Position numbers and translations under genes: made by a program. From positions 1-47,833 of the IMG/VR virus record IMGVR_UViG_3300032327_001082: DNA of 47,833 nucleotides, one strand, 5' to 3'. The notes below the pieces were generated by a model. The model made no database searches, was not told the origin of the DNA, and saw only the letters and a program-made list of their open reading frames with translations. This document shows positions 1 through 10,742 of the stretch, one piece after another (positions within the stretch are counted from its first letter, which is position 1; each line of letters opens with the position of its first letter). The stretch is from a virus (lineage: Duplodnaviria; Caudoviricetes).

Positions 1-1
1 T

Positions 2-3000
2 AAAGAAACTGAAACTCAAGTAAGAACTAGATTTAATAGAGTTAATAGATTGGTTTCAGAACAACTAGCTAGTAGAAAAGATCAACAAGCTAAAAGTGCT
101 GCAAATACTTTTACTGGTGCTGTTAATGAAAGAAAAGGCGAATTAGAGGATAATCAAAAACTCGAGGCATTACAGTCTAGTATTACTAATGCTAAACTAC
201 AACAATTACAGATTGTAGATAGTATAGTAGGTTATGCCACTAAAGAAAGTATAGCTGCAGAAGCTGCTTTAGAAAATCAAAATAATCAGTTAAAAAGAAA
301 ACAAGAAATTGATAAAATAGATGAAGATATATTAAATGTTTCTAAGGCAGACGTTTCAGAAGACAGAAGATCGCAGTTGATAAAGTTGGCAAAATTAAAA
401 ACTACAACTTTAACAAAACAAGAAATAGAAGCACAAGTGGATAGTCAAAAAAGACTAAACCAAGAAATTCAAGCGGAAATTGAAGTTAAAAATCGTGTGC
501 GTGAATTAGCCAAATCTTCTAGAGACTTAGCCAATGAAGAAGCAAATGCCAGACTCGAGGTCACAGCAGCACAAGTTTCTAGTTATGCAACATTATTTGA
601 TAATTCTAAACAGTATACTAATAGCTTACAAAATCAAAATGAGTTACAAAGAATTCAGCAAGATTATGATAGTAAGGTTACTGAAGAATTTGCTAGTATT
701 AATGCAAAACGAGAAGATGCTCAAATAAAACTAAATAAACTTAGTGCAACTGATGTTACACAAAGAGAAGAGATAACTAAAGAATTAAAACGACAAGAAA
801 ATTTATTTAAAAATAATCTTGGTAAACTTGATGCAGAAAAAGATAAACGTCAAGATATACTAGAGATTACTAAGCAACAGCAAGCTGTACAGGTAGCTAT
901 AGATAAATTAAATAAACAATTTGAGTTAAAAAAATCAAATACTCAAGTACAAAATGCTATTGCAAATAATGCACTAGAAGCTGAACAACTTAAACTTGAT
1001 GTACAAAAAACATATGCTCGTGAATTTGATACTTATATTGTTAAACAACAAACTGCATTAGACTTAAAAAAGGCTGAAAAAGCTACCAGTCAGCAAATAT
1101 TAGGACTTCAAGATGAGTTAAATAATAAACGTAATTTATCTACTACAAAAGTTACTGCTTTAGTACAATCTGGTGCAGCAGAACAAGATGTTGCAAAATT
1201 ACAAACGGATGAAACCGAATACTTAAAGCAACAATCCCAACTAACTGATAATGAAATAACAAAACAAAATCTAGCTTTAGAAAACACTAAAGCTAAACTA
1301 GCAGTTCAACAACAGCTAACACTTGAGCAAATAAAGTACAATGAAATGCTGTCACTATCTAATGAACTATCTACAAATTTAAAAGATACTTTTGGACTAT
1401 TTGGTGATAAAGTTAAAGCAGTTGGCGAAGCCCTTGGCGACACGGTTACCAGACTAACTGAAAGCAGCATTAGACAAGAAAAATTTTCTAAAACACAAAT
1501 AGAAGATCAAAAGAAGCTAGACCAACTAAAAGGTAATAGCGGCGCAGACGAAGAGAGTATTATTGATCTGCAAAATAAAATCGCAGACGATAAAAAGAAA
1601 AATAACAAAGAAGAATTAAAAGGTGATTTAGCTGCTATAAGTTCAACTAAAAAGATGTTTAAGGAAAAAACAGCAGCTTATAAAATATTTGCTGCCATAG
1701 AAAAAGCATTAGCAATTGCACAAGTAGCTTCAAATGCTATGGTATTAGCTAGTAAATTAACTACTGAGGCAGGAAGTACTGCAGCTACTACAGCTGGTAC
1801 CACCAGTCGTATGCCAGCTTATATTACAGATATTTGGGGACAAACTTTAGGTAAATTACCTCCACCTTTTGGTGCTATAGTAGGTGCAGGTTTAGTAGCA
1901 TTATTGTTATCTTCTTTTGGTGGTAAAGGTGGTAGTAGTAAACCACCTACAGTGGTTACTCCTGAAATGCGTCAAGAAACTGCAGGCACTGCTATGGGTT
2001 ACAATGAAGCAGGTCAAAAAGTACAAGTTCGTAGTGGCGTTTTTGGTGATGAAAATGCAAAAAGTAATTCTATTGATAATTCCTTAAAAATAATTGCCGA
2101 TAATAGTGTAGATGGCCTAGACTATGATAATAAAATGCTTAATGCATTGCGTAATTTAAAAAGTGCACTAGAAAATACTGCAAAAGCACTTTTTGGAGTT
2201 GGAGGTTTACGTAGTGGCACTGCTTTTGGCACTGTAGAAGGAATTGTAAACGCTACTAGTAGTTTTAATAGCACCATGAACAGTTTAACTCTTGGTTTGT
2301 GGGGTGGAAAAAAATCAGTAAGTACCACTATTATAGATAGCGGTATAAAATTACAAGGTACTTTTTTAGAACTTGTTAAAGCTGGTGGTGGATTAATTCA
2401 AAATTATGAAACAATTAGTACAACTGTTAGTAAAGGAAAAACGCTAGGACTTTTTGGCGGCGGCAGTAGTACTAGTGTAGACACCCTTTATGCAGACCTA
2501 GCTAAAACAAATCCTAAAGGTGAAAAAGCTTTACGAGAAAGTCTTCAATTTTTAGGCGATTATATAACTACTGTTGGCGAAGCAGCAGGTAAATCAAGTA
2601 GTGATATTACTAGTGCTATGAGCCAAGCTAAGGTAGATGAAATAATTTCGTTACGCGGTTTATCAGGAGAAGAGTTTGATAGACAGTTACAAACTGTATT
2701 TAGCGCACTACTAGACGATGCTTCAGAAGTTCTTTTTAATGATTATAAACAATTTCGTAAATTTGGCGAAGGTTTAGCAGAAACTGTTACCCGAGTAATA
2801 GATGACAATCTCAAAGTAAATCAAGCTGTTGAAAATATTGGTGGCATTGATCTTAAAGGTAATAACACTATAACAGAAGCACTAATAAAAGCAGCCGGTG
2901 GACTAGACAAGTTTTTAGACAAAGCAGAAAACTTTAGATCAAACTTTTTAACTGAAGCAGAACAACTAGAGCCAATTAATAAAGCATATCGCAAAGGTTT

Positions 3001-4156
3001 AACCGATCTAGGGTTAAATGCTGATATTAGCCGTGAAGAACTTAAAGGTTTAATTCAAAATTTTGATCTTTTAAATCCCGCTGCTGGACGTGCGGGTAAA
3101 AGTACTGCAGAAACTTATACTCTATTACTTGATATTGCGGGTGGATTTGACAAAGTAGCTGATGCTGCTGAATCTGCAGCTAAAAAGATCAGCGATGAAC
3201 GTGATGGTTTAAAACGCAAACTAGATGAATTAACACTAACCGCAGAACAACTACGAGATATAGATATAAGTAAACTAGACGCAAGCAATCAAGCACTACA
3301 ACGTCAGGTATTTGCAATGCAAGATATGCAAACAGCAGCTAAAACATTGCAAACTAGACTAAACGACGTTACTAAAACTATAAAATCACAAATTACTAGT
3401 TTAAGTGACTACAAGCAGTCATTGATAATGAGTGATAGATCCCCATTAAGTAAAGTAGATCAGCTACAGCTAGCTAAAGCACAACAAACAGAGTTATTTC
3501 AAATAGCCACTAGTACAACCGCAACTGAAGAAGAAAGAACTAAAGCATTAGATAAATTTAGAACTACTAGTGATCAAGTGCTTACACTAGGTCGTGAAGT
3601 ATTTGCTAGTGGTGCTGATTATCAAGTACTGTATACAGGAACTATGGGCATGATAGATGCTCTTGACGCAGATTTAAAAACTCGTAAAACTGCTGCCGAA
3701 ACGCAACTAGAAACATTACAGTCTAGTAATAGTTCCTTAAAAAGCATTGCAGAAACATCACTAAGTACATCACAGCTTATAGGTGCTTATTTAGATTCTA
3801 TTAAAACATATAATACTGCAGCAACTGCAGCTGGTGGTAATATTGTTGGTATACCTAAATTAGCTAGCGGAACTAACTATGTTCCTTATGACATGCTTGC
3901 ACAGATTCATCAAGGCGAACGTATTATACCTGCTGCAGACAATCAGCAGTTAATGAATAATAATATGGAAATGGTCCAGGAAATTAGATTGCTAAATCAA
4001 CGTATTGGTGACTTAGAACAAGCAATTATTGAGGGTGCTGTAATTAATGCACAAGCAACAGATCGCAACACAGAAACACTTAGCACAGCAATTGGCGCAA
4101 CCGCGGACAGAACGATTCAGTCAGCAAGAATTCAAACAAGGGCAGCTATTAAATGA
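2..4156 (+). CDS. Tail tape measure protein (5' end truncated by the window)
   Basis: The frame is open from position 2, so the TTG at 50 is probably not the real start. Long coiled-coil Q/E/K/L/A-rich protein with a hydrophobic segment (PPPFGAIVGAGLVALLLSSFGG) and the C-terminal siphophage TMP motif LASGTNYVPYDMLAQIHQGERIIPAADN; directly upstream of tail genes. Confidence 0.9.
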   Translation, partial: KETETQVRTRFNRVNRLVSEQLASRKDQQAKSAANTFTGAVNERKGELEDNQKLEALQSSITNAKLQQLQIVDSIVGYATKESIAAEAALENQNNQLKRKQEIDKIDEDILNVSKADVSEDRRSQLIKLAKLKTTTLTKQEIEAQVDSQKRLNQEIQAEIEVKNRVRELAKSSRDLANEEANARLEVTAAQVSSYATLFDNSKQYTNSLQNQNELQRIQQDYDSKVTEEFASINAKREDAQIKLNKLSATDVTQREEITKELKRQENLFKNNLGKLDAEKDKRQDILEITKQQQAVQVAIDKLNKQFELKKSNTQVQNAIANNALEAEQLKLDVQKTYAREFDTYIVKQQTALDLKKAEKATSQQILGLQDELNNKRNLSTTKVTALVQSGAAEQDVAKLQTDETEYLKQQSQLTDNEITKQNLALENTKAKLAVQQQLTLEQIKYNEMLSLSNELSTNLKDTFGLFGDKVKAVGEALGDTVTRLTESSIRQEKFSKTQIEDQKKLDQLKGNSGADEESIIDLQNKIADDKKKNNKEELKGDLAAISSTKKMFKEKTAAYKIFAAIEKALAIAQVASNAMVLASKLTTEAGSTAATTAGTTSRMPAYITDIWGQTLGKLPPPFGAIVGAGLVALLLSSFGGKGGSSKPPTVVTPEMRQETAGTAMGYNEAGQKVQVRSGVFGDENAKSNSIDNSLKIIADNSVDGLDYDNKMLNALRNLKSALENTAKALFGVGGLRSGTAFGTVEGIVNATSSFNSTMNSLTLGLWGGKKSVSTTIIDSGIKLQGTFLELVKAGGGLIQNYETISTTVSKGKTLGLFGGGSSTSVDTLYADLAKTNPKGEKALRESLQFLGDYITTVGEAAGKSSSDITSAMSQAKVDEIISLRGLSGEEFDRQLQTVFSALLDDASEVLFNDYKQFRKFGEGLAETVTRVIDDNLKVNQAVENIGGIDLKGNNTITEALIKAAGGLDKFLDKAENFRSNFLTEAEQLEPINKAYRKGLTDLGLNADISREELKGLIQNFDLLNPAAGRAGKSTAETYTLLLDIAGGFDKVADAAESAAKKISDERDGLKRKLDELTLTAEQLRDIDISKLDASNQALQRQVFAMQDMQTAAKTLQTRLNDVTKTIKSQITSLSDYKQSLIMSDRSPLSKVDQLQLAKAQQTELFQIATSTTATEEERTKALDKFRTTSDQVLTLGREVFASGADYQVLYTGTMGMIDALDADLKTRKTAAETQLETLQSSNSSLKSIAETSLSTSQLIGAYLDSIKTYNTAATAAGGNIVGIPKLASGTNYVPYDMLAQIHQGERIIPAADNQQLMNNNMEMVQEIRLLNQRIGDLEQAIIEGAVINAQATDRNTETLSTAIGATADRTIQSARIQTRAAIK

Positions 4157-5727
4157 AAACAAAAGATGAAATGATTGCCTGGTTTAACACGCCAGGCCAT
4201 ATTAAATGTACATTAATAGATATTGATCAAGTTTATATTCCTGGTACTAGCGGCACCAGTACAAATTTAAACTTTTCTAGTTTAGCTTATGATAGTGGCG
4301 GTACCACCTACAACGCTTGCGTTGTAGGTGGGCTGCAGTTTAGCGAACAACTTAATGCAGATGGACGCGCTAGTTTAAGTTTTGGTAGTATAAACCTAGT
4401 AAATACTTATGGCATTAATGATCAATTTTTAAACTATATATGGAATCGCAGGCCTGTTAAAATCTACTTAGGGGATCCTAGTTGGCCTAAAAGTGACTTT
4501 GTGTTAATTTTTGACGGGCTAGTAGAAGACCTTACCAGCAACGGTGAAAATGAACTTGTGTTAAGTTTGTTTGATAAGCTGCAGCTATTAAATGATTCAC
4601 TAACAGAAAAAACTTTATTTAGTAGCGGATATAGCTACAGTGAAGTTTCGAAAACAATTGCTGGTGGTGTAGTTACAAAAAATGAAACTATATTGCCTAT
4701 TACACTAGGCGAGTGTTTTAATGTACAACCACTACTAGTAGATAATGGTAGTGGTACCACTAGTACTAGTGGTACTAGTGGTACTAGTGGTAGTACCTAT
4801 AACACTTATATGTTACACGACGGTGTTATTCAAGGAATTATTGAAGTCAGAGACAATGGTGCACCTATTGCAGTAACAGAAAATTTAGCATCAGGTACTT
4901 TTACTTTATTAAGTCAATCTGTTGGTACTATTACTTGCAGCGTTCAAGGTGACGCCTCTACTAGTTATGCCAACACAGTGCCAGGCATAATTACAAAAAT
5001 TTGCACTAGCACAAAATACGGAACTGTTTTACAAAATAAATTTACTGTTGGCGACTTAAATTTTTCTGCTGATACTAGAAAAGTAGGTGTTTATATCAAA
5101 GACAAAGTAAATATGCTAGAAGTCTGCAATCAACTAGCTAATAGCATTAATGCTAGTTTAATATGCCCTAGTGTAACAGTTAGTACCAGTGGAGTAATAA
5201 GCAGTAGTAAACTAAAGCTAGTAGAACTTAAAGCCCCGCAACTAGCAGATGTACAGTATGAATTAATTGATGATTATTTAGTTATGGGTACACAAGCAGT
5301 AACTGAAATTTTTCCAGTAAAACCAAGTATTAAAATAGCATACTGTAAAAACTTTACTATACAAACTAGTGTGGCAGCCGGTGTAAATGCTGCTAGTAGG
5401 TTTGATGAAGAGTATTTTTATAGTACACAAGAAAATTCTACTAATAAAACTTTATATCGAGATGCTGGCATTGTGGAAGAAATGCCTACACTGCTTATTG
5501 TGTCCAGTGAAGCAGCTGCAGAAGCTCAAAAACGACTAAGTCTTTGGGAAATACCTAGATTTTTAATAACTGCAAATTATTTGCCGCATTACTTATTTAC
5601 ACAACTTGGTGATACTGTTAAACTTACCTCAAGCAGGTTTAATTTACAATCAGGAAAACCAGGTATAGTGTATAGCGTTAACAGAGACTGGATTACCGGA
5701 ATGGTACAAATAGGAGTTTTAATTTAA
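4153..5727 (+). CDS. Tail tip / baseplate hub-like protein
   Basis: ATGA overlap with the TMP stop. Motifs PITLGECFNVQPLLVD, IIEVRDNGAP and LGDTVKLTSSRFNL resemble proteobacterial siphophage tail-tip proteins. Confidence 0.7.
   Translation: MKTKDEMIAWFNTPGHIKCTLIDIDQVYIPGTSGTSTNLNFSSLAYDSGGTTYNACVVGGLQFSEQLNADGRASLSFGSINLVNTYGINDQFLNYIWNRRPVKIYLGDPSWPKSDFVLIFDGLVEDLTSNGENELVLSLFDKLQLLNDSLTEKTLFSSGYSYSEVSKTIAGGVVTKNETILPITLGECFNVQPLLVDNGSGTTSTSGTSGTSGSTYNTYMLHDGVIQGIIEVRDNGAPIAVTENLASGTFTLLSQSVGTITCSVQGDASTSYANTVPGIITKICTSTKYGTVLQNKFTVGDLNFSADTRKVGVYIKDKVNMLEVCNQLANSINASLICPSVTVSTSGVISSSKLKLVELKAPQLADVQYELIDDYLVMGTQAVTEIFPVKPSIKIAYCKNFTIQTSVAAGVNAASRFDEEYFYSTQENSTNKTLYRDAGIVEEMPTLLIVSSEAAAEAQKRLSLWEIPRFLITANYLPHYLFTQLGDTVKLTSSRFNLQSGKPGIVYSVNRDWITGMVQIGVLI
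4765..4791 (+). repeat. Tandem 9-bp repeat (ACTAGTGGT)x3 encoding TSG-TSG-TSG
   Basis: Three exact copies at 4765, 4774 and 4783. Confidence 0.9.
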
Positions 5728-8700
5728 ATGGCAGCTATACCAGTTAATTCAAGAGATAACCTACTACAGCTCTTGGTACCAAGAGTTCTTGGTACAGGTA
5801 CTAATTATATATTTTTAAGTATAACTACTCAGCAATTTATTTATGGTGCTGATGGCGTAGCTCAACCTACGTTTTCTCTTATTACTGCTAATTTAGTAGG
5901 AAATATAACTGGTACAGTAACTTTTACAAGTACAGGAATTAAAGCTAATAGTATTAATGGCAGTGCTGGCACGGCCAGTACTAGTAGTGTAATATTTGAA
6001 AAACCTACAAGCAACAGTATTAAAATTTATCCTGCAGATATGTCCGCAGATATAGCTACTATTAGTGCTAGTGTAGTTTATCAAGGCACTACTTATACAG
6101 CTACTGCGGTTAGTATTCAAAGAACTTATGCTAATATACAAGCTAAATTAACGCAACCAGTTCAATATTATAGCACAGATTATTTAGGCAGTAATTATAG
6201 TTTATTAAGTTTAGCTAATCAATTATTGCCTGCTAATGTTAATAAATTAGAGTTGTATAGTGGTAGTACTCAGTTTACCACCGGACTTACTTATACACCT
6301 ACTGCAGCAGCACCGCAAGTTTTAGGTGGTTTAAAACTGTGGATGACTACTTCAGGAGAAGTTCAACTACAAGAAAGCACAAATGGTTCTTGGCTTCAAG
6401 ATAGTGTAAATTTTACTGTAAGTGCAATTAGAAATAATACTGCTTATTCTACTACTTTTACAGTAACTAAAAATAAAGCTGGAAATGCTTCTATACAAAC
6501 TGGCGTAATTAGTCTATACCGCTGGGACGTAGCTAATCCAAGCATTAATAGCCATTTACCAAATGGTACTAGTAGTTATGTTTGGCTAACTCAAGCACAT
6601 ACATATGCACGAGTTACAATAGGTACTAATACTGATGATTGGTATGTTACACCACAAGCAAGACCCAACACCAATGATAGCTGGAAACTTTATAAGATTA
6701 GTAAAAATATTAGTGATAGTACTACCGCTACAATCAGTAATGTTAGTACTCCACAAACTTTAACTAATATTGGTTGGAGCACTTATAGCAGTTTAACAGA
6801 AGTAACTACTACAAGTAATGAAATTGTAAAAACTGGTATAGCCACGCTTTATGCAAATGGTATAAGCACCGCACCTAGCGTACCTACAGGAAGTGCAACG
6901 TATACTTGGAGTACTAATACCTTAGATTTAACTGGTACTAATACTACTAGCGGCGGTTGGACTACTGCTATTCCAGCTTCTGCACCTGGTCAAGGTTTAT
7001 ATAGAATTACTGTTGATTTATTAGCAAATAAAGACGATACTACTACTAAAGTTTACTGGGATAAAGGCATTACACAATTAATTACTGTTTATGGTATTAC
7101 AGGTAATAATTCTATAGGTGCAAATTTAATTAATAGTTCACACGGTATACCTTGTGATTATCAAGATACTGCAGCAAGTAGAAATTTTACTAATAGTGGT
7201 AATAAAATATTTGCTTATGACGGTACTACAGCACTTACAGCAATTACTTATACTACTAATGCAGCTAGTACATTTTCAAATGGTCAATACGTAGTAGAAG
7301 TAGATACTGCTGATGGTGTAACTCAAGGTGCACAAACATTAGTTACTGAAAATGGTGTTACAGGAGTTAGCTATGCTAATTTAACTGCAGCAACTTTTAG
7401 TAGTACAGCAACAGGTAGTTTGCTATTTAAACTACGCGGTAAAAATTATGCTGGTGTAACCTTTACATATTTAGTAAAACAAAATTTTAGTAAAACACCT
7501 ACTGGTACTCCAGGTACATTTACCTATGTTATTGCAAGTACAGATACTATTGTAAAAAGCACTACTGGCACATATACGCCTTCAACTATTACTTTTAGCG
7601 GTAGAAAAAATACTAATGGTACAGTTACTGCAGAATCTGTTTGGTTTAGTATATTTTTAAATGGTGCTACAACAGCTACTGCTAATTCTAGTTCAGCAGT
7701 AAATGATTATACTTATACTATTCCTGCTAGTACAACAAGTGTAACAGTAAAAATATATTCTACAAATCCTGCAAGTGGATCACCTGTAGCAATAGATACA
7801 CAAGGTATAAATGTAGTAAGTGATGGTGTACAAGGCACAGCAGGACGTGTTGGAGATAGTGCTAGACGTGCCTATACAAAATCAACAGGAACTCCTAGTA
7901 GTACACCTTCAATATATAATGGAAGCTCAGGTGATGCATTACCACCTATAGGCACTTGGTTTAGTACAAGCGGAGTTGCAGGTATAGGTGTATGGGTTAC
8001 TACACCGCCTACTATTAATGAAGGCGAAATATTATATCAAAGCGATGGTATTTATGTACCAGGTGGGAATACTACTTGGGGATTTCCTTATTTAAGTTCC
8101 TTAAAAGTAGGTAATTTACAAGCAATTACTGCTAATACTGGAGAATTATATGTAAGTGGTAGTCTTAGAGGTGGAGGTAGTTCTAGTTCTACTAATAATT
8201 TTACTAGTGGCATTGGTTATTATCTTAATAGTGATGGTAAAGTAAAAATAGGCAATAATAGTGCGGATTACTTAACTTGGGATGGTACTAATTTAAAGAT
8301 TAATACTAAAGGTACTGTAACTATTGGTAATAGTAATGGTGCCAGGCTAGAGTGGAACGGTACCGGACTTAATATTTATGACGCTACTAATAAAGCAATA
8401 CTTAGTGCAGGTACTATTGATTGGAGTTTTTTAAATAATATTCCTAACAGTGTATTTACTGCAGGGGGTATAACTTGGCAAGCTGATAGTAGTATTAAAA
8501 TTATTAGCGGCGTTGAACTACAAAGAACTAATAGCGGAGCAATTAGTTGGGATAATAGAGCATATAGTCTTGAAAAGTTTACTGGTGGTGCATACATAAG
8601 TTTTCAATTTACTAGCACATCAGACGAAACATTCTGTGGATTTAGTGATACTCCAACTGCTGCTTATCCTGCAGATTATAGTTATCAAAGATTAGCTTAT

Positions 8701-9777
8701 GGTATATATGGTAATACATTTGGTCAAATATTTATATATGAGGGTGGTCTTGATGTAGGTATAAATGGTATTACTTATAATACTTCAAATGTTTTTAGTA
8801 TTACCTACGACAATCAATCTGTAAGATATTTTAAAGACGGAGTATTATTAAGAAATGTTGCTTCTGCTGGTGCTGCTAAAATATTTTCTGCATATATTAC
8901 CCTTAAAACACTAGGTGCTAGGCTTACAAATATTAGATTTGGACCTAATGCTAGTGTTGGATTACAAGGTTCAAATGGCACAAGTGGCACAAATGGTAAA
9001 GATGGTACAAATGGATCAAATGGATCAAATGGTACAGATGGACTTTCTGTTAAAGTAGTAGAACTTTATCAGTTAGGTACTTCTGCTCCTTCTATAGCCG
9101 GATTAACAGCAGTTAATTATAATATAAGTACTAATGTCATTTCAGGAAATGGTAGTTGGCAACTATCAATGCCAACTCCAACTAGTGCTAGTGGCGTTTA
9201 CATGACAACTGCTACTGCAAGTACTAAAACACCAGCTACAGCTGTAGTACTTAGTAGTTGGAGTACTCCTATATTAGTAGCTTTACTAGGCAAAGATGGC
9301 AAAGACGGCACAAATGGCACAAGTGGCAAAGATGGCTCAAATGGTACTGGTGGACGAGGTAGTGCAACTGTTTATGCTATTAGTAGTGCTGCAGCTTGGA
9401 GCGATTCAACTGCAAATACTTATTTTACTACTAATTACGGAGCAGCTGGACAAATATTAAATGATGTTATGACCCAGTACAATCCTAGCAGTACTCCACC
9501 TTGGGCAACTACAAAATTTTGGAACGGATTAACAAGTGCAAGCGGTAGTTGGGCTACAGTTACAGCAGCTATTGACGGCAATTTATTGGTAACAGGTACT
9601 ATATCCGGAGCAAAATTAGCGGCTAATACAGTAATAGCAAATAATATTGAATTTAGTGGCAAATTAAAAACACAAAGTGCTACTACTGGTCAAAGAATGG
9701 AAATAACTAATACTTATATTAAAGTATTTGATGCGGCAGGTAATATTAGAGTTCAAATAGGTGATTTAACCGCATAG
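5728..9777 (+). CDS. Central tail fibre / host-specificity protein with collagen-like segments
   Basis: T/S/G/N-rich beta-type protein with G-X-Y runs (8959-9042, 9289-9360), a lectin/SPRY-like insert (~8470-8946) and a lambda J-like C-terminus (IDGNLLVTGTI...GQRMEITNTYIKVFDAAGNIRVQIGDL). Confidence 0.8.
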   Translation: MAAIPVNSRDNLLQLLVPRVLGTGTNYIFLSITTQQFIYGADGVAQPTFSLITANLVGNITGTVTFTSTGIKANSINGSAGTASTSSVIFEKPTSNSIKIYPADMSADIATISASVVYQGTTYTATAVSIQRTYANIQAKLTQPVQYYSTDYLGSNYSLLSLANQLLPANVNKLELYSGSTQFTTGLTYTPTAAAPQVLGGLKLWMTTSGEVQLQESTNGSWLQDSVNFTVSAIRNNTAYSTTFTVTKNKAGNASIQTGVISLYRWDVANPSINSHLPNGTSSYVWLTQAHTYARVTIGTNTDDWYVTPQARPNTNDSWKLYKISKNISDSTTATISNVSTPQTLTNIGWSTYSSLTEVTTTSNEIVKTGIATLYANGISTAPSVPTGSATYTWSTNTLDLTGTNTTSGGWTTAIPASAPGQGLYRITVDLLANKDDTTTKVYWDKGITQLITVYGITGNNSIGANLINSSHGIPCDYQDTAASRNFTNSGNKIFAYDGTTALTAITYTTNAASTFSNGQYVVEVDTADGVTQGAQTLVTENGVTGVSYANLTAATFSSTATGSLLFKLRGKNYAGVTFTYLVKQNFSKTPTGTPGTFTYVIASTDTIVKSTTGTYTPSTITFSGRKNTNGTVTAESVWFSIFLNGATTATANSSSAVNDYTYTIPASTTSVTVKIYSTNPASGSPVAIDTQGINVVSDGVQGTAGRVGDSARRAYTKSTGTPSSTPSIYNGSSGDALPPIGTWFSTSGVAGIGVWVTTPPTINEGEILYQSDGIYVPGGNTTWGFPYLSSLKVGNLQAITANTGELYVSGSLRGGGSSSSTNNFTSGIGYYLNSDGKVKIGNNSADYLTWDGTNLKINTKGTVTIGNSNGARLEWNGTGLNIYDATNKAILSAGTIDWSFLNNIPNSVFTAGGITWQADSSIKIISGVELQRTNSGAISWDNRAYSLEKFTGGAYISFQFTSTSDETFCGFSDTPTAAYPADYSYQRLAYGIYGNTFGQIFIYEGGLDVGINGITYNTSNVFSITYDNQSVRYFKDGVLLRNVASAGAAKIFSAYITLKTLGARLTNIRFGPNASVGLQGSNGTSGTNGKDGTNGSNGSNGTDGLSVKVVELYQLGTSAPSIAGLTAVNYNISTNVISGNGSWQLSMPTPTSASGVYMTTATASTKTPATAVVLSSWSTPILVALLGKDGKDGTNGTSGKDGSNGTGGRGSATVYAISSAAAWSDSTANTYFTTNYGAAGQILNDVMTQYNPSSTPPWATTKFWNGLTSASGSWATVTAAIDGNLLVTGTISGAKLAANTVIANNIEFSGKLKTQSATTGQRMEITNTYIKVFDAAGNIRVQIGDLTA

Positions 9778-9787
9778 GGTTTATAAA

Positions 9788-10621
9788 ATGGCAAATTTAC
9801 GATTAATTTATAATAATGTAGCTGATAAAGCTACTATTACTGCCAGTAGTACTGCTAGTGGATTTGCAACAACAAATATGCAAAATACTCAAAAAACTAG
9901 TGTACATCGTAGTACTAGTACAAGTACTGTTACTTATACCCTAAAGTGGGCAAGTGCCCAAAGTATTAATAGCATAGCACTTCCAACTACTAATTTATTA
10001 GCTGGTGATAAAATAGATGTAGTATTGTACGCAGTAGATACTACTGATGTTGCAGGACCTGTTGCACAACTTATAAACAAAAATGCTTGTTCAGGCAGAG
10101 CAATGGTACTGCAAGATGGTAGTACTACTAGCACCTACAAAGACTTTGGTTTAGGTGGTGATACAAAAACTAGTTTATGGTTTACAAAAGCATATAGTAT
10201 ACAAGCTATGCAAATTACTTTAACACGTGCAACTATAGCACAACAAATTGATTGTGCTAGAATTGTTTGCGGTCAGTACTGGGAACCAACACGTCAAATT
10301 AGTCGTGGTATTGACTTAGGTACACAAGACCAAAGTGATATTACTACTACTCGCAGTGGTAATACTTATGTAGACAGAAAAACTATTAGTGATACTTTAA
10401 ATTTTAGCATAGAGTACATGAGTGATCAAGATAGAAAGACATTACTGCAAATTATGCGAACTTGGGGTAATAATGGTTTAATATACTATTGTTTATTTCC
10501 CGACAACGATAACACAGAGTATACACAAGCTTATAGCATATATGGTAGATTGCAAAATACCACTTTACAATACCAATATTTTGGGTTTTACAGTAGCAGT
10601 ATTCAATTAATTAGCTGGTAA
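9788..10621 (+). CDS. Putative tail protein (distal-tail-like)
   Basis: Last gene of the tail operon before a terminator. Motifs MANLRLIYNNVAD and RIVCGQYWEP resemble siphophage tail proteins. Confidence 0.6.
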   Translation: MANLRLIYNNVADKATITASSTASGFATTNMQNTQKTSVHRSTSTSTVTYTLKWASAQSINSIALPTTNLLAGDKIDVVLYAVDTTDVAGPVAQLINKNACSGRAMVLQDGSTTSTYKDFGLGGDTKTSLWFTKAYSIQAMQITLTRATIAQQIDCARIVCGQYWEPTRQISRGIDLGTQDQSDITTTRSGNTYVDRKTISDTLNFSIEYMSDQDRKTLLQIMRTWGNNGLIYYCLFPDNDNTEYTQAYSIYGRLQNTTLQYQYFGFYSSSIQLISW

Positions 10622-10622
10622 G

Positions 10623-10657
10623 AAAATACCTGCCTTTTAGTGGGCAGGTATTTTTTT
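10623..10657 (+). terminator. Rho-independent terminator ending the tail operon
   Basis: AAAATACCTGCC-ttttagtg-GGCAGGTATTTT hairpin running into a T tract, immediately after the stop at 10621. Confidence 0.9.
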
Positions 10658-10660
10658 ATA

Positions 10661-10689
10661 TTGACAAGCAACTACCACCATGGTATAAT
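10661..10689 (+). promoter_or_regulatory. Consensus sigma70 promoter
   Basis: TTGACA (10661-10666), 17-nt spacer, TATAAT (10684-10689), with an extended -10 TG. Confidence 0.92.
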
Positions 10690-10742
10690 ATAACAAAATT
10701 AGCATAATGTGTTAATTTTAATTTTTTCAAGGACGTCTATTT

